Shown here piece after piece: positions 16,385-24,660 of a stretch of DNA of 32,000 nt. The stretch is from Gemmata obscuriglobus (GTDB lineage Bacteria; Planctomycetota; Planctomycetia; Gemmatales; Gemmataceae). The notes under the pieces are model-generated. The model had not been told where the DNA came from. It ran no database searches and saw only the letters and a list, made by a program, of their open reading frames with translations. Numbering within the stretch: the first letter of the stretch is position 1; every line of letters begins with the position of its first letter. The stretch is taken from contig NZ_CP042911.1 of assembly GCF_008065095.1 (NCBI RefSeq), positions 3,330,001 to 3,362,000 of the forward strand, in the 5' to 3' direction. A program made the translations under genes and the position numbers.

Positions 16385-16437
16385 AAGCACCAAGGCCACT
16401 CATCCAACGTCGCGTTGGATGAGTGGCCTTGGTGCTT
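16385..16437. terminator. Very long perfect hairpin (about 25-bp stem) between the M16 operon and the tRNA 3' end; possible bidirectional terminator
   Basis: aagcaccaaggccactcatccaacg-tcg-cgttggatgagtggccttggtgctt. It is followed by gcctttt on the + strand and lies 20 nt downstream of the minus-strand tRNA. Confidence 0.5.
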
Positions 16438-16457
16438 GCCTTTTCAGGCTTCAGAAG

Positions 16458-16532
16458 TTGCGGCGGTTGGATTTGAACCAACGACCTCCAGGTTATGAGC
16501 CTGGCGAGCTGACCGGGCTGCTCCACGCCGCG
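16458..16532 (-). tRNA. Initiator tRNA-fMet (anticodon CAU), CCA not encoded
   Basis: The reverse complement reads CGCGGCG-TG-GAGC-AGCCCGGTCA-GCTC-G-CCAGG-CTCATAA-CCTGG-AGGTC-GTTGG-TTCAAAT-CCAAC-CGCCGCA-A. The cloverleaf folds, with the C1-A72 mismatch and A11:U24 pair typical of bacterial initiators. Confidence 0.9.
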
Positions 16533-16536
16533 TCTT

Positions 16537-17421
16537 GTGAAGATATCTTACTCTCCTCATGGACGATCGGAAAGGGGCACTCGTTGGTCCGTTCGGAATC
16601 TTTCAGACGCCTTGCGCAACCTCGACCGAGAAATTGACCCGGCGGGCGGTGCAACCTATGATGAGACGGACACTTTCGTCGCGTACCCGCAAAGACGAAC
16701 CTCCAAAACGGGAACATGTCCCTTGACCGTTCCGTTTATCCTCGTGATCTGTTTCGCGGGTATCGTGTGCCTGATCCCGCTGGCGTTTTACCTCTTTTGG
16801 CTGGCACAAATCACACGCCGTGAGCACCCCGTTGCCGTAGCCGGTACGTGGGACTTCACCGCGCTTGTGCTCGGACTTTCGGGTTTCATCGTCTTTGGCG
16901 CCGGGGTCGTCCTCACGCTGCTCCAGTCCAACTTTCGCTTCTGGATGCGCGGCAACTTCGAAGCGTTCCGTGCGGTGTGGATCAAGGAATGGGTGACATG
17001 GTCCGTGCTCGTTTCGTTCTACCTGATCGCGGTGGTGGGAGGAATCGGCCTGACGCTCTTGGCCCGGCGGCGTTCCCTGGTCGTCTACAACGTCGAGCCC
17101 GAAACGTTCGAGTCCCTGTTGAACGAGATGTTCGCACAGCTCGGCCGGCCCCTGGAGCGGACCGGGAACTTGTGGGTGTCCGGAGTGCCGTTGTTCGAAC
17201 TGGACACCTTTGAAGACGGTCGCACCGTCACTCTCCGCTGGGTGTCAGATGACGGCCGGTTGTTCGAGGACGTGACGCGGTTGCTGCGCACGGCACTCAC
17301 GACCCACTTGGCGGACGAGAACCAAGTGACCCGGTGGCTCCACTCGGCGGCGGTTGCGACTGTTGCGGTAGCCGGTTGCTCGTTCGCCCTGCTGATTTAC
17401 TACTTCACCCTCACGCGCTGA
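16537..17421 (+). CDS. Hypothetical integral membrane protein; start uncertain
   Basis: Several hydrophobic helices (VPFILVICFAGIVCLIPLAFYLFWL, FTALVLGLSGFIVFGAGVVLTLL, WSVLVSFYLIAVVGGIGLTLL, AAVATVAVAGCSFALLIYYF). The GTG at 16537 abuts the tRNA 5' end, so a downstream in-frame TTG/GTG start is plausible. Confidence 0.55.
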   Translation: MKISYSPHGRSERGTRWSVRNLSDALRNLDREIDPAGGATYDETDTFVAYPQRRTSKTGTCPLTVPFILVICFAGIVCLIPLAFYLFWLAQITRREHPVAVAGTWDFTALVLGLSGFIVFGAGVVLTLLQSNFRFWMRGNFEAFRAVWIKEWVTWSVLVSFYLIAVVGGIGLTLLARRRSLVVYNVEPETFESLLNEMFAQLGRPLERTGNLWVSGVPLFELDTFEDGRTVTLRWVSDDGRLFEDVTRLLRTALTTHLADENQVTRWLHSAAVATVAVAGCSFALLIYYFTLTR

Positions 17422-17541
17422 GTTCGACGCGCGGCGATTCGCAGCCGCCGGCTACAAGTCCCCGGCGGCCCTTTTACCATTTCTGCGTCCGAAGCGAGAC
17501 GTTTGCCCCCAGAGGGCGCACGTCTCGCTCCGCCACGCTTC

Positions 17542-17930
17542 TCACCGGGTTCCGTCCTTAAGTGGGGCCGCTTCATCGACGACCAGTGCCGCTTCGGCGG
17601 TGACGTACGCGGCGCCGGTGGCGCCGGGCACCACGGCGCCCGGCTCGACCGTACCCTCGAACACGCTCCCGGTGATGCTCTCTTTGCGCCACACCTCGCC
17701 CGGTTGGAGCGCACCGTCGACGTAAAGGCACGCGAGCTCCGCGCTGGTCCCGGTGCCGCACGGCGAGCGGGCGTAGGCCGTTCCGGGGCACAGCACGAAG
17801 TTCCGCGCGTGGTTCGCGGGATCGACCGGCGGCCCGAGCAGTCGGGACCGCCCGCGACCACGACCCGCGTCGGCTCCCCGTCGGTGTGCGAAGCGACGAC
17901 CTGAATGCGCTGGATGAGATTCTCGTCTGA
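17542..17930 (-). pseudogene. Proline racemase / 4-hydroxyproline 2-epimerase family pseudogene (internal deletion plus frameshift)
   Basis: The N-terminal signature IQVVASHTDGEPTRVVVAGGP is in one frame. The C-terminal part DPANHARNFVLCPGTAYARSPCGTGTSAELA...ESITGSVFEGTVEPGAVVPG...VVDEAAPLKDG is in another. The whole is about 390 nt, against roughly 1 kb expected for the family. Confidence 0.7.
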
Positions 17931-17940
17931 AGCCCACGTA

Positions 17941-18423
17941 CTACATGTCCGCGAAACAATTGCGCGACGGCGCGCCGATCGTCGCGAGATGCGCGGTGGC
18001 GACGACTTGCCACGCCTGTTCGACCTCACACCGGCTCTGATAGTCGCGAGGGAAGAGGGCTCTCAAGACATTCGGTACTGTGTGCCGAAGCACCCCAGCG
18101 TATCGAACATTTATGGGGTTGATAACAACGCCGAGAATAAACGTTGCCGCGTTCGCTATCTCGTAAAGTTCCAATCGTCCGCCACGGTTGGGGGCATTTC
18201 TTTTCCCCAACCGCTCGCATTCTCTGTGCAACGCGGTGCGTGCGTCCCCATCAACGGGCGCCCCTTCAACCCAGTCCCAAGCCATTACAAGAACACGATC
18301 AAAACACGACGCAGCCGCCTCGGAAAGAGTCGGGCGGCACAGTGCTACCGCCCGATTGAGGCATTCCGTCATGAACGCGAGTTCACGCTGGGCGAAAGGT
18401 TCACCCGGGGGCACTGACGGCAT
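17941..18423 (-). CDS. Hypothetical protein (160 aa) with atypically low GC3
   Basis: ATG lies 5 nt after the stop of the upstream DapA-like gene. The central part (about 18030-18330) is visibly more AT-rich than the neighbours. No motif recognised. Only the last 160 codons of the 527-aa ORF were used. Confidence 0.5.
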   Translation of the reverse strand: MPSVPPGEPFAQRELAFMTECLNRAVALCRPTLSEAAASCFDRVLVMAWDWVEGAPVDGDARTALHRECERLGKRNAPNRGGRLELYEIANAATFILGVVINPINVRYAGVLRHTVPNVLRALFPRDYQSRCEVEQAWQVVATAHLATIGAPSRNCFADM

Positions 18424-18428
18424 TGGCT

Positions 18429-19325
18429 TCACCGTGTTGGGCGAGTGGCGATCGCGGTGCGGATCAGTTTCAGCACGTGCTCGCGCTCCGGGCCGACCAG
18501 TGGCAGGCGCGGGGAGCGGCACAGTTCCGTACCGTACCCGCACTCGGCCGCCGCGAGCTTGATGTACTGCACCAGCTTCACGTGCGTGTCGAGGTGCAGG
18601 AGCGGCGTGTACCAGCGGTACACGTCCAGTGCTTCCTTCCACTTGCCGGCCTGGGCCAGGTCCCACAGCAGCCGGTTCTCGGCGGGGAAGGCGTTCACCA
18701 GCCCGCTCACCCACCCGACCGCGCCGAGAATCATGCACTCCACCACGAGGTCGTCGACCCCGGCGAAGATCACGTAGCGGTCCTTGGTGAGGTTGATGAT
18801 GTCGGTGATGCGCCGCGGGTTGTCGCTCGACTCCTTGATGCACGCGAACTTCGGCTCGTCGGCCATCTCGACGAACATCGCGGGCGTGATGTCCACCTTG
18901 TAGGCCGGCGGGTTGTTGTAAACCATGATCGGCAGGTCGCTGGCGCCCGCGACCGTCCGGAAGTGCGCGACCGTCTCGCGGTCGTCGCTCTTGTACACCA
19001 TCGGCGGCAGCACCATCAGCCCGTCGGCGCCGAGCTTGGCCGCTTCGCTCGCCCACCGGCACGCGCCCGCGGTGGTGTACTCCGCCACGCCCGTCAGCAC
19101 CGGCACCCGCTTCCCGACGTGCTCGACGGCCGCTTTCAGCAGCTCTTTTTTCTCGGCCAGTTCGAGCGTGGTGTTCTCGCCCACGCTGCCCATCATCACA
19201 ACGCCGTGAACGCCCGCATCGAGCATCGCGTCGAGGTGCTTGAGCGTGCCGGGGATGTTCAGCGATTGATCGGGATGGAACTGCGTACACAGGGCCGGGA
19301 AAACGCCTTGCCAGTTCACTTTCAT
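18429..19325 (-). CDS. Dihydrodipicolinate synthase (DapA/NAL) family class I aldolase-like protein
   Basis: MMGSVGENTTL (GxxGE), MVYNNPPAY (YNxP) and the Schiff-base lysine context FACIKESS. ATG at 19325 gives 298 aa, typical of the family. Confidence 0.85.
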   Translation of the reverse strand: MKVNWQGVFPALCTQFHPDQSLNIPGTLKHLDAMLDAGVHGVVMMGSVGENTTLELAEKKELLKAAVEHVGKRVPVLTGVAEYTTAGACRWASEAAKLGADGLMVLPPMVYKSDDRETVAHFRTVAGASDLPIMVYNNPPAYKVDITPAMFVEMADEPKFACIKESSDNPRRITDIINLTKDRYVIFAGVDDLVVECMILGAVGWVSGLVNAFPAENRLLWDLAQAGKWKEALDVYRWYTPLLHLDTHVKLVQYIKLAAAECGYGTELCRSPRLPLVGPEREHVLKLIRTAIATRPTR

Positions 19326-19423
19326 CGCGGGCCTCGAGGACAGGGTGGAAGGAGCGAAACGGACAGACAAAGAGCGGGACAGCGGCCGGGGGCGCGCGTC
19401 GCGCCCCGGGAGGCGGTCCGCCT

Positions 19424-21556
19424 TCATTTTTGCAGGGGTGCGTACACGACCCGGAAGCCGACGTAGTCGAGCCGGTCGGTGGGGCGCTTGCCGTCGCGCG
19501 CCGCGGAGCGGACGCCGGACGCACGGTCGCGGAACGAGCCGCCGCGGATCACGCGCATGTCGCCGTCGGCCGGTCCGGTCGGGTCGGCCCCTTCCTTGTA
19601 GGCGTCGATGCGGAACCAGTCGCTGCACCACTCTGCAACGTTCCCGTGCATGTCGTACAGCCCGAAGTCGTTCGGCTTGGTCTTACCGACCTCCGTTCCG
19701 AACCGCAGCGGCTTGCCGGGCACGTCGCCCGCGCGTTCGAGTGGGTCTTCGCCGGTGGCGAGAAACACCGCTTGCGTCGGGAACGCGATCGCGTCGCCGC
19801 ACGAGAACGGCGTGGTCGTGTTGGCGCGGCACGCGTACTCCCACTCGGCCTCCGTCGGCAGGCGGTACGCCCACCCGTTGCGCGCCCACGCCTGCCCGCG
19901 GTCCTTCTCCAGCAGCTTGCGGCAGAACTCGTTCGCCTCGTCCCAGGTGACCGAATCGACCGGCAGCGACGTGCCCCGGGCCGCCAGCGCCGCGCCCCGT
20001 GACGGCGCCCCGCCCATCATTCGGACGTACTGCCCGTGCGTCACCTCGGTGGAACTCATGAAGAACGGCCCGCGGACCGTCACCTCGCGCACCGGTCCCT
20101 CGCGCCCGTCGTCGGCGCGCCCCGGCTCCTCCTCCGGCGAGCCCATCTTGAAGGTGCCCCCCTCCAGCCGGACCATCTTCAGACCGGCGGTGTTGGTGAA
20201 CGGTTTCGGCACCGTCGGGCCAGTGTTGATAAAGGCCAGAAACACCGCCACCCCGAGCGCTGCGAATACGAACAGGCCGCCGAGCACTGCGAGCACCGTG
20301 CCGGTGGGAAACGCGCCACGGGGGCGCCGCCGGACCGAGACGCCGTGTTCGTGCGGCGCCAGCTTGAACACCTGGCTGCCCGGCCCCGCGATCGAGGGTT
20401 GCGTTACCGGCGCGGGCGCCGGTAACGGACTCGGGGCCGCACCCGGGTGAGCCTCGGGCGGTACCATCGGGACCCGCTGTCCGGACGCGGGCGCCAGGAG
20501 CGCCTCGCTTCCGGGGGCCTCGGTCGGGCAGAACGGCTGCAGCGCGGCCGCCAGTTGGAGTGGCGTCTGGGGGCGGTGATCCGGTTCCTTCGCCATGCAC
20601 CAGTGGACGATCTGTTCGAGCAGCGGGGGCGCGTCGGCCCGCCGCGACAGGAGGTCCGGCGGCGGGTCGGTGCAGTGTTTGAGGAGCTTTTCGGTCGGGG
20701 TCGCGCCCTCATACGGGACCAGGCCCGTGAGTGCAAAATAGAGCGTGCCGCCGAGCGCGTAGATGTCGGCCCGGATGTCCACGGCCGTCGGGTTCCGCGC
20801 CTGCTCCGGGGCCACGAAGTCGGGCGTCCCGATCACGAACCCCTCCTGGGTGATCCGGAGCGCGTCCGCGCCGCCGGGCGGCTCCATCAGCCGGGCGAGC
20901 CCCAGGTCCACGAGCTTCACGGCCCCGCCGTGCCGCGGGGCGATGATGTTGGACGGCTTGATGTCGCGGTGCACCAGCCCGCGCTCGTGCGCGTGCTGCA
21001 GCCCCAGTGCCGCCTGCCGGATCACGTCGCACGCCTGGAAAACCGGCAGCGGGCCGACCTCGCGAACGATTTTCGTGAGGTCGGTGCCGTCGATCAGCTC
21101 CATGACGTAGAAGTGGTACCCGTCGACCTCCTCCGCGTCGTACACCTTGACCACGTTCGGGTGGTCCATCGCCGACAGCGCGAGCACCTCCTGCTCGAAC
21201 CGCACGACCGCAACGGAGTGGGTGAGCCGCTCCCGGCGAATGACCTTCAGCGCGACATCCCGACCCATGCGGGTGTCGTGGGCCTTATATACGCGGCCCA
21301 TGCCCCCCTCGCCGAGCACCGTGAGCAGCACGTACCGGCTGGCCACCTTGAGCGCGGCCCCGCGGCCCCGCGCGACCTCGCGGATCTGGTACGGGGTGAG
21401 CCACCCGCGGCGGCTCACCTCCCGCGCCGCGGCGGGCAGGTCGGGCCGCGCGTGCGCGATCCAGCCCCACAGGTCGCGCAACTGCGCGTCGGTCAACAGC
21501 CGACTGGCCTGCAAGTTCTGGTAGAACATGGCCGTCGCGTCGGCGGCGCTGCTCAT
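19424..21556 (-). CDS. Transmembrane Ser/Thr protein kinase with a C-terminal FGE-sulfatase (SUMF1-like) domain
   Basis: Kinase motifs GEGGMGRVYKA, VALKVIR, HRDIKPSNI, DLGLA and VAPEQ. TM helix GTVLAVLGGLFVFAALGVAVFLAFI. FGE-like motifs YRLPTEAEWEYACR, GLYDMHGNVAEWCSDW and RVIRGGSF. Confidence 0.9.
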   Translation of the reverse strand: MSSAADATAMFYQNLQASRLLTDAQLRDLWGWIAHARPDLPAAAREVSRRGWLTPYQIREVARGRGAALKVASRYVLLTVLGEGGMGRVYKAHDTRMGRDVALKVIRRERLTHSVAVVRFEQEVLALSAMDHPNVVKVYDAEEVDGYHFYVMELIDGTDLTKIVREVGPLPVFQACDVIRQAALGLQHAHERGLVHRDIKPSNIIAPRHGGAVKLVDLGLARLMEPPGGADALRITQEGFVIGTPDFVAPEQARNPTAVDIRADIYALGGTLYFALTGLVPYEGATPTEKLLKHCTDPPPDLLSRRADAPPLLEQIVHWCMAKEPDHRPQTPLQLAAALQPFCPTEAPGSEALLAPASGQRVPMVPPEAHPGAAPSPLPAPAPVTQPSIAGPGSQVFKLAPHEHGVSVRRRPRGAFPTGTVLAVLGGLFVFAALGVAVFLAFINTGPTVPKPFTNTAGLKMVRLEGGTFKMGSPEEEPGRADDGREGPVREVTVRGPFFMSSTEVTHGQYVRMMGGAPSRGAALAARGTSLPVDSVTWDEANEFCRKLLEKDRGQAWARNGWAYRLPTEAEWEYACRANTTTPFSCGDAIAFPTQAVFLATGEDPLERAGDVPGKPLRFGTEVGKTKPNDFGLYDMHGNVAEWCSDWFRIDAYKEGADPTGPADGDMRVIRGGSFRDRASGVRSAARDGKRPTDRLDYVGFRVVYAPLQK

Positions 21557-21670
21557 CGATCGGTCACCGGTGGTGCGAGTGGCGGCCCTTGCCTTTGTAC
21601 CAAGGCGGGCCGGAGGCGTAAGCCCCGCGCCCGCCTATATGCTAACGAGTAACGAGAACGGAGCACCACC

Positions 21671-22717
21671 ATGCCGAGCATCACCGTCAACGAGCAGCCG
21701 CACACCTTCCCCGACCCCTTCACCGTAGCCGACCTGATCCGCCACCTGGGCAAGGACGCGAAAACGCTCGCGGTGGAGGTGAACCGCGCCGTGGTGCCCC
21801 GGGCCGACCACCCGGCCCGCCGGCTCACCGACGGGGACGCGGTCGAGGTGGTGACGCTCGTGGGCGGCGGCGCCGCCGCCACCCACGAGGCGCCCGCCGA
21901 CAAGCCGCTGAAGGTCGGGAAGTTCACCTTCCGCAGCCGGCTGTTCACGGGCACCGGCAAGTACCCGTCTTACGAGCTGATGCAGCAGTGCATGGATGCC
22001 AGCGGGTGCGAGGTGACCACCGTGGCCGTGCGCCGCGAGCGGCTGATCGATAAAGACGGCAAGAACATCCTCGACCACCTCGATTTGAAGCGGCTCACGA
22101 TCCTCCCCAACACCGCCGGGTGCTTCAGCGCCGAGGACGCGGTCCGGCACGCCCGGCTCGCGCGCGAGCTGCTCTCGGGTCTGGAGAACCCGGGGGCGGA
22201 CTGGGTCAAACTCGAGTGCCTGGCAGACAAGCGGACGCTCCTGCCCGACCCGATCGACACCCTGAAGGCGACGGAACAGCTCGTGAAGGACGGGTTCACG
22301 GTGCTGGTCTACACGAGCGACGATCCCGTTCTCGCCAAACGGATCAAAGAGGCCGGCGCGGCCAGCGTGATGCCGGCGGGCAGCCCGATCGGCAGCGGGC
22401 AGGGCATTTTAAACCCGAACAACATCCGCATTTGCCTGGAATACTTGAAGGAGAACGACCCCGATTACCCGGTGATCGTCGATGCCGGGGTGGGCACCGC
22501 GAGCGACGTTTCTGCGGCGATGGAGCTGGGCTGCGACGGGGTGCTCCTCAACACCGCCGTCGCGAGTGCCAAGGACCCGCTGCGGATGGCGTGGGCGATG
22601 CGGTACGCGACCGACGCCGGGCGGCTCGCGTACCTCGCGGGACGCATCCCGAAGCGCCTCTACGCCAACGCCAGCAGCCCGACCGAGGGCATCATCGCAT
22701 CGAGCGGCGGCAAGTAA
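21671..22717 (+). CDS. thiG: ThiS-ThiG fusion (sulfur carrier fused to thiazole synthase)
   Basis: The N-terminal ~67 aa end in [10 protein letters not shown] (ThiS-like C-terminal GG). A short linker follows, then the ThiG core [18 protein letters not shown] ... ILPNTAGC ... VKLE ... [13 protein letters not shown] ... [10 protein letters not shown]. Confidence 0.9.
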   Translation: MPSITVNEQPHTFPDPFTVADLIRHLGKDAKTLAVEVNRAVVPRADHPARRLTDGDAVEVVTLVGGGAAATHEAPADKPLKVGKFTFRSRLFTGTGKYPSYELMQQCMDASGCEVTTVAVRRERLIDKDGKNILDHLDLKRLTILPNTAGCFSAEDAVRHARLARELLSGLENPGADWVKLECLADKRTLLPDPIDTLKATEQLVKDGFTVLVYTSDDPVLAKRIKEAGAASVMPAGSPIGSGQGILNPNNIRICLEYLKENDPDYPVIVDAGVGTASDVSAAMELGCDGVLLNTAVASAKDPLRMAWAMRYATDAGRLAYLAGRIPKRLYANASSPTEGIIASSGGK

Positions 22718-22870
22718 TACCGTTTGAAGGGCTTCAGCCTTCCGCGTGGTCCGTCCGCTCCAAGAGCAGACACGAAACGCATCGGTGATAATCCGCGTGG
22801 CCGGGCGATGGCGCGAAGCCGGCACGCGGAAGTGACGTGAGCAAGTCAGCTCTGGCCCGTGCTACCGCGC

Positions 22871-22963
22871 ATACTGGGTACGGGCGAGCCGGGCGTTGTG
22901 GTGCCCGGCACCGCCGACTCGACGCTGGTCGTCGATGAATCGGAACCAATCAAGTGCGGTATT
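22871..22963 (+). pseudogene. Short remnant of a proline racemase-family 3' end, inverted relative to the 17.5-kb pseudogene
   Basis: Translates to ILGTGEPGVVVPGTADSTLVVDESEPIKCG, versus FEGTVEPGAVVPGATGAAYVTAEAALVVDEAAPLKDG at 17.55 kb. Nucleotide blocks ggtacgg.cgagccgggcg..gtggtgcccggc and ctggtcgtcgatgaa are shared. Confidence 0.45.
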
Positions 22964-23069
22964 AAAGGACAAAAAAGTCCGAAATTCCCGAATCACGTTT
23001 CGGAAAGCGGCTATCAAAAGTGTGCCGAAGAGCTTTTGCTCTCGGGTGTTCACAATTGGAGCCGCCCCG

Positions 23070-23558
23070 ATGATTCACGAAGTGTCCGGTGACATCACGC
23101 TCACAAAAGCTCAGGCGATCGCACACGGGGTTGCTCCCGACGATCACTTCGACCACGACCTCGCGCTGGCCCTGCGGGAAAAATGGCCGGTGATGGTGAA
23201 GGACTTCCGGCACTACTGCCGGCAGTGTCACCCGCAGCCCGGCGAACTGTGGGAGTGGGGCGGCGTGGGTGGCGTGCGTGTGTTCAACCTGCTCACCCAG
23301 ACCGAGCACGGGCACGGCGGGCACCCGGGGCCGGCGACCGAGGCGACTGTGAACCACTGCCTGCGCCGGTTGCGCCACGAGTTGGAGAAGCACGCGGTCA
23401 AGAGCCTCGCCATTCCGAAGATCGGAACCGGCGTGGGCGGGCTCACGTGGGAGCATGTGAAGCCCCTCGTGGAGCAACACCTTGGGGATCTGAAAATCCC
23501 GATTTTCGTCTACACGACCTACCACAAGGGGCAGCAGGCAGAAGAAACCGGCGCGTGA
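23070..23558 (+). CDS. Macro domain protein (ADP-ribose binding/hydrolase-like), 162 aa
   Basis: ATG preceded by ggag. The motifs VSGDITLTKAQAIAHGV and SLAIPKIGTGVGGL resemble macro-domain signatures. Confidence 0.7.
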   Translation: MIHEVSGDITLTKAQAIAHGVAPDDHFDHDLALALREKWPVMVKDFRHYCRQCHPQPGELWEWGGVGGVRVFNLLTQTEHGHGGHPGPATEATVNHCLRRLRHELEKHAVKSLAIPKIGTGVGGLTWEHVKPLVEQHLGDLKIPIFVYTTYHKGQQAEETGA

Positions 23559-23591
23559 CGCACGCGAGACGACCGGCGACGGATGTGGCAC

Positions 23592-24533
23592 TCAGCCCGA
23601 GTGTGAGGTGCTTCCCGTTGCGGAGGTGTCTCGCCCATCCGGTCCGAGGAACATGCCGCAGGATGCGGCCACGTCGAACCCCACGCGCGCGATGACCACG
23701 ACGCGGGCGCCGGGTAGCCGCTCGCGGTAGATGGCCGCGTTCCGCTCGACGACCGCTTCGGGCGGTTCCGTGCCATGTCGCGCGGGGTCGAACGGGTTGT
23801 ATCGCACCACGTTGATGTGAGCCATCAGCTTGCGCTCCTCAAGGGCGTCGCAGATGGCGTGAACGTCCCCCTCCGTGTCGTTCTCGCCGGCGATGTACGC
23901 GTGGTGCAGCACCACCAACTTCAGGCTGTGCCGCTGCCACGCCGCCAGCCGGTCGAGGGCGACCTCGGCGGGGTGCGCTTTGGGCAACCACCGGCGGCGG
24001 AACCGCTCACTCACGCTGTAAATCGAGTAGTGGATTTCGGGCTGGTGAACCACGAACACGTCTTCCAGTGCCCGGTCGCCAAACGCTTTCGGGTAGATGG
24101 TTGAGATCAGGTGCCGGGGGCGCAGGCCCGATCCGACGGCGAGCCGGGACAGTTCGCCGAGCAGTTCGTCGCCCCGCGTCGCGATCACCTTGCTGGCGAG
24201 CGGTTCCCCACGGGCCATGAGGTTGAAGTGAACGGCACGCGCCGGCTTTCCTTCGCGGCGGTAGTGGGCCAGCACCGTTTCGGCCTGTTCGAGGAACTCG
24301 TTGAAGGTCGTGTCGCGAAGGTGCGTCTGCCCGGTGGCGGTCAGGTGGCACATGCGGCACGCTTGCGCGCACCCGGTTTGCGACGACAGGTAGGCGACGA
24401 AGTAGTCCTCGCAGCGGCGGACGTACCGCGCTTCCAACCGGCCGACCTCCGCGGGCCGGTCCCAGTTCACGGACGCGTCCAGTGCGCTCTTGTGCGCGGT
24501 GAACCCGGCCCCGGGCAACAGCGGCAGTTGCAT
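23592..24533 (-). CDS. Radical SAM enzyme, RlmN/Cfr-like core without the N-terminal domain (313 aa)
   Basis: CxxxCxxC in SSQTGCAQACRMC, followed by LMARGEPL (compare MGMGEPL), ISTIY, IAGENDTEGD, INVVRYNP and C-terminal GFDVAASCGMF (compare DIDAACGQL). This is the same motif order as RlmN. Confidence 0.75.
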   Translation of the reverse strand: MQLPLLPGAGFTAHKSALDASVNWDRPAEVGRLEARYVRRCEDYFVAYLSSQTGCAQACRMCHLTATGQTHLRDTTFNEFLEQAETVLAHYRREGKPARAVHFNLMARGEPLASKVIATRGDELLGELSRLAVGSGLRPRHLISTIYPKAFGDRALEDVFVVHQPEIHYSIYSVSERFRRRWLPKAHPAEVALDRLAAWQRHSLKLVVLHHAYIAGENDTEGDVHAICDALEERKLMAHINVVRYNPFDPARHGTEPPEAVVERNAAIYRERLPGARVVVIARVGFDVAASCGMFLGPDGRDTSATGSTSHSG

Positions 24534-24660
24534 CCCGACCTCCGCGACGGCGTCGGGGCCATTCTCGCACCGGCCCGATCAATTGCAAGCGCGGGAGCGG
24601 TGGGGGCCGAACCCGTTACGGTGGTGGTGGCCGGTCCGGCCGCCGGTTACACTCAGCCGC

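Noticed and set aside
16205-16540. tRNA-associated genomic island or integration site
   Set aside because: No integrase, no direct repeat of the tRNA 3' end, and no compositional break around the tRNA. The hairpins are better explained as terminators or repeats.
18424-19524. Upstream 367 codons of the 527-aa minus-strand ORF
   Set aside because: They overlap the DapA-family gene, which has clear family motifs, in a different frame. Only the last 160 codons downstream of the DapA stop were kept.
19424-21556. Ser/Thr kinase fused to an FGE-sulfatase domain as a novelty
   Set aside because: To my knowledge this architecture is common in Planctomycetota and related phyla, so it is reported only as a feature.
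21557-21670. TPP (THI-box) riboswitch expected upstream of thiSG
   Set aside because: I could not find the conserved CUGAGA and ACCUGAUCUGGAUAAUGCCAGCG-like elements on the plus strand, so I do not call it.
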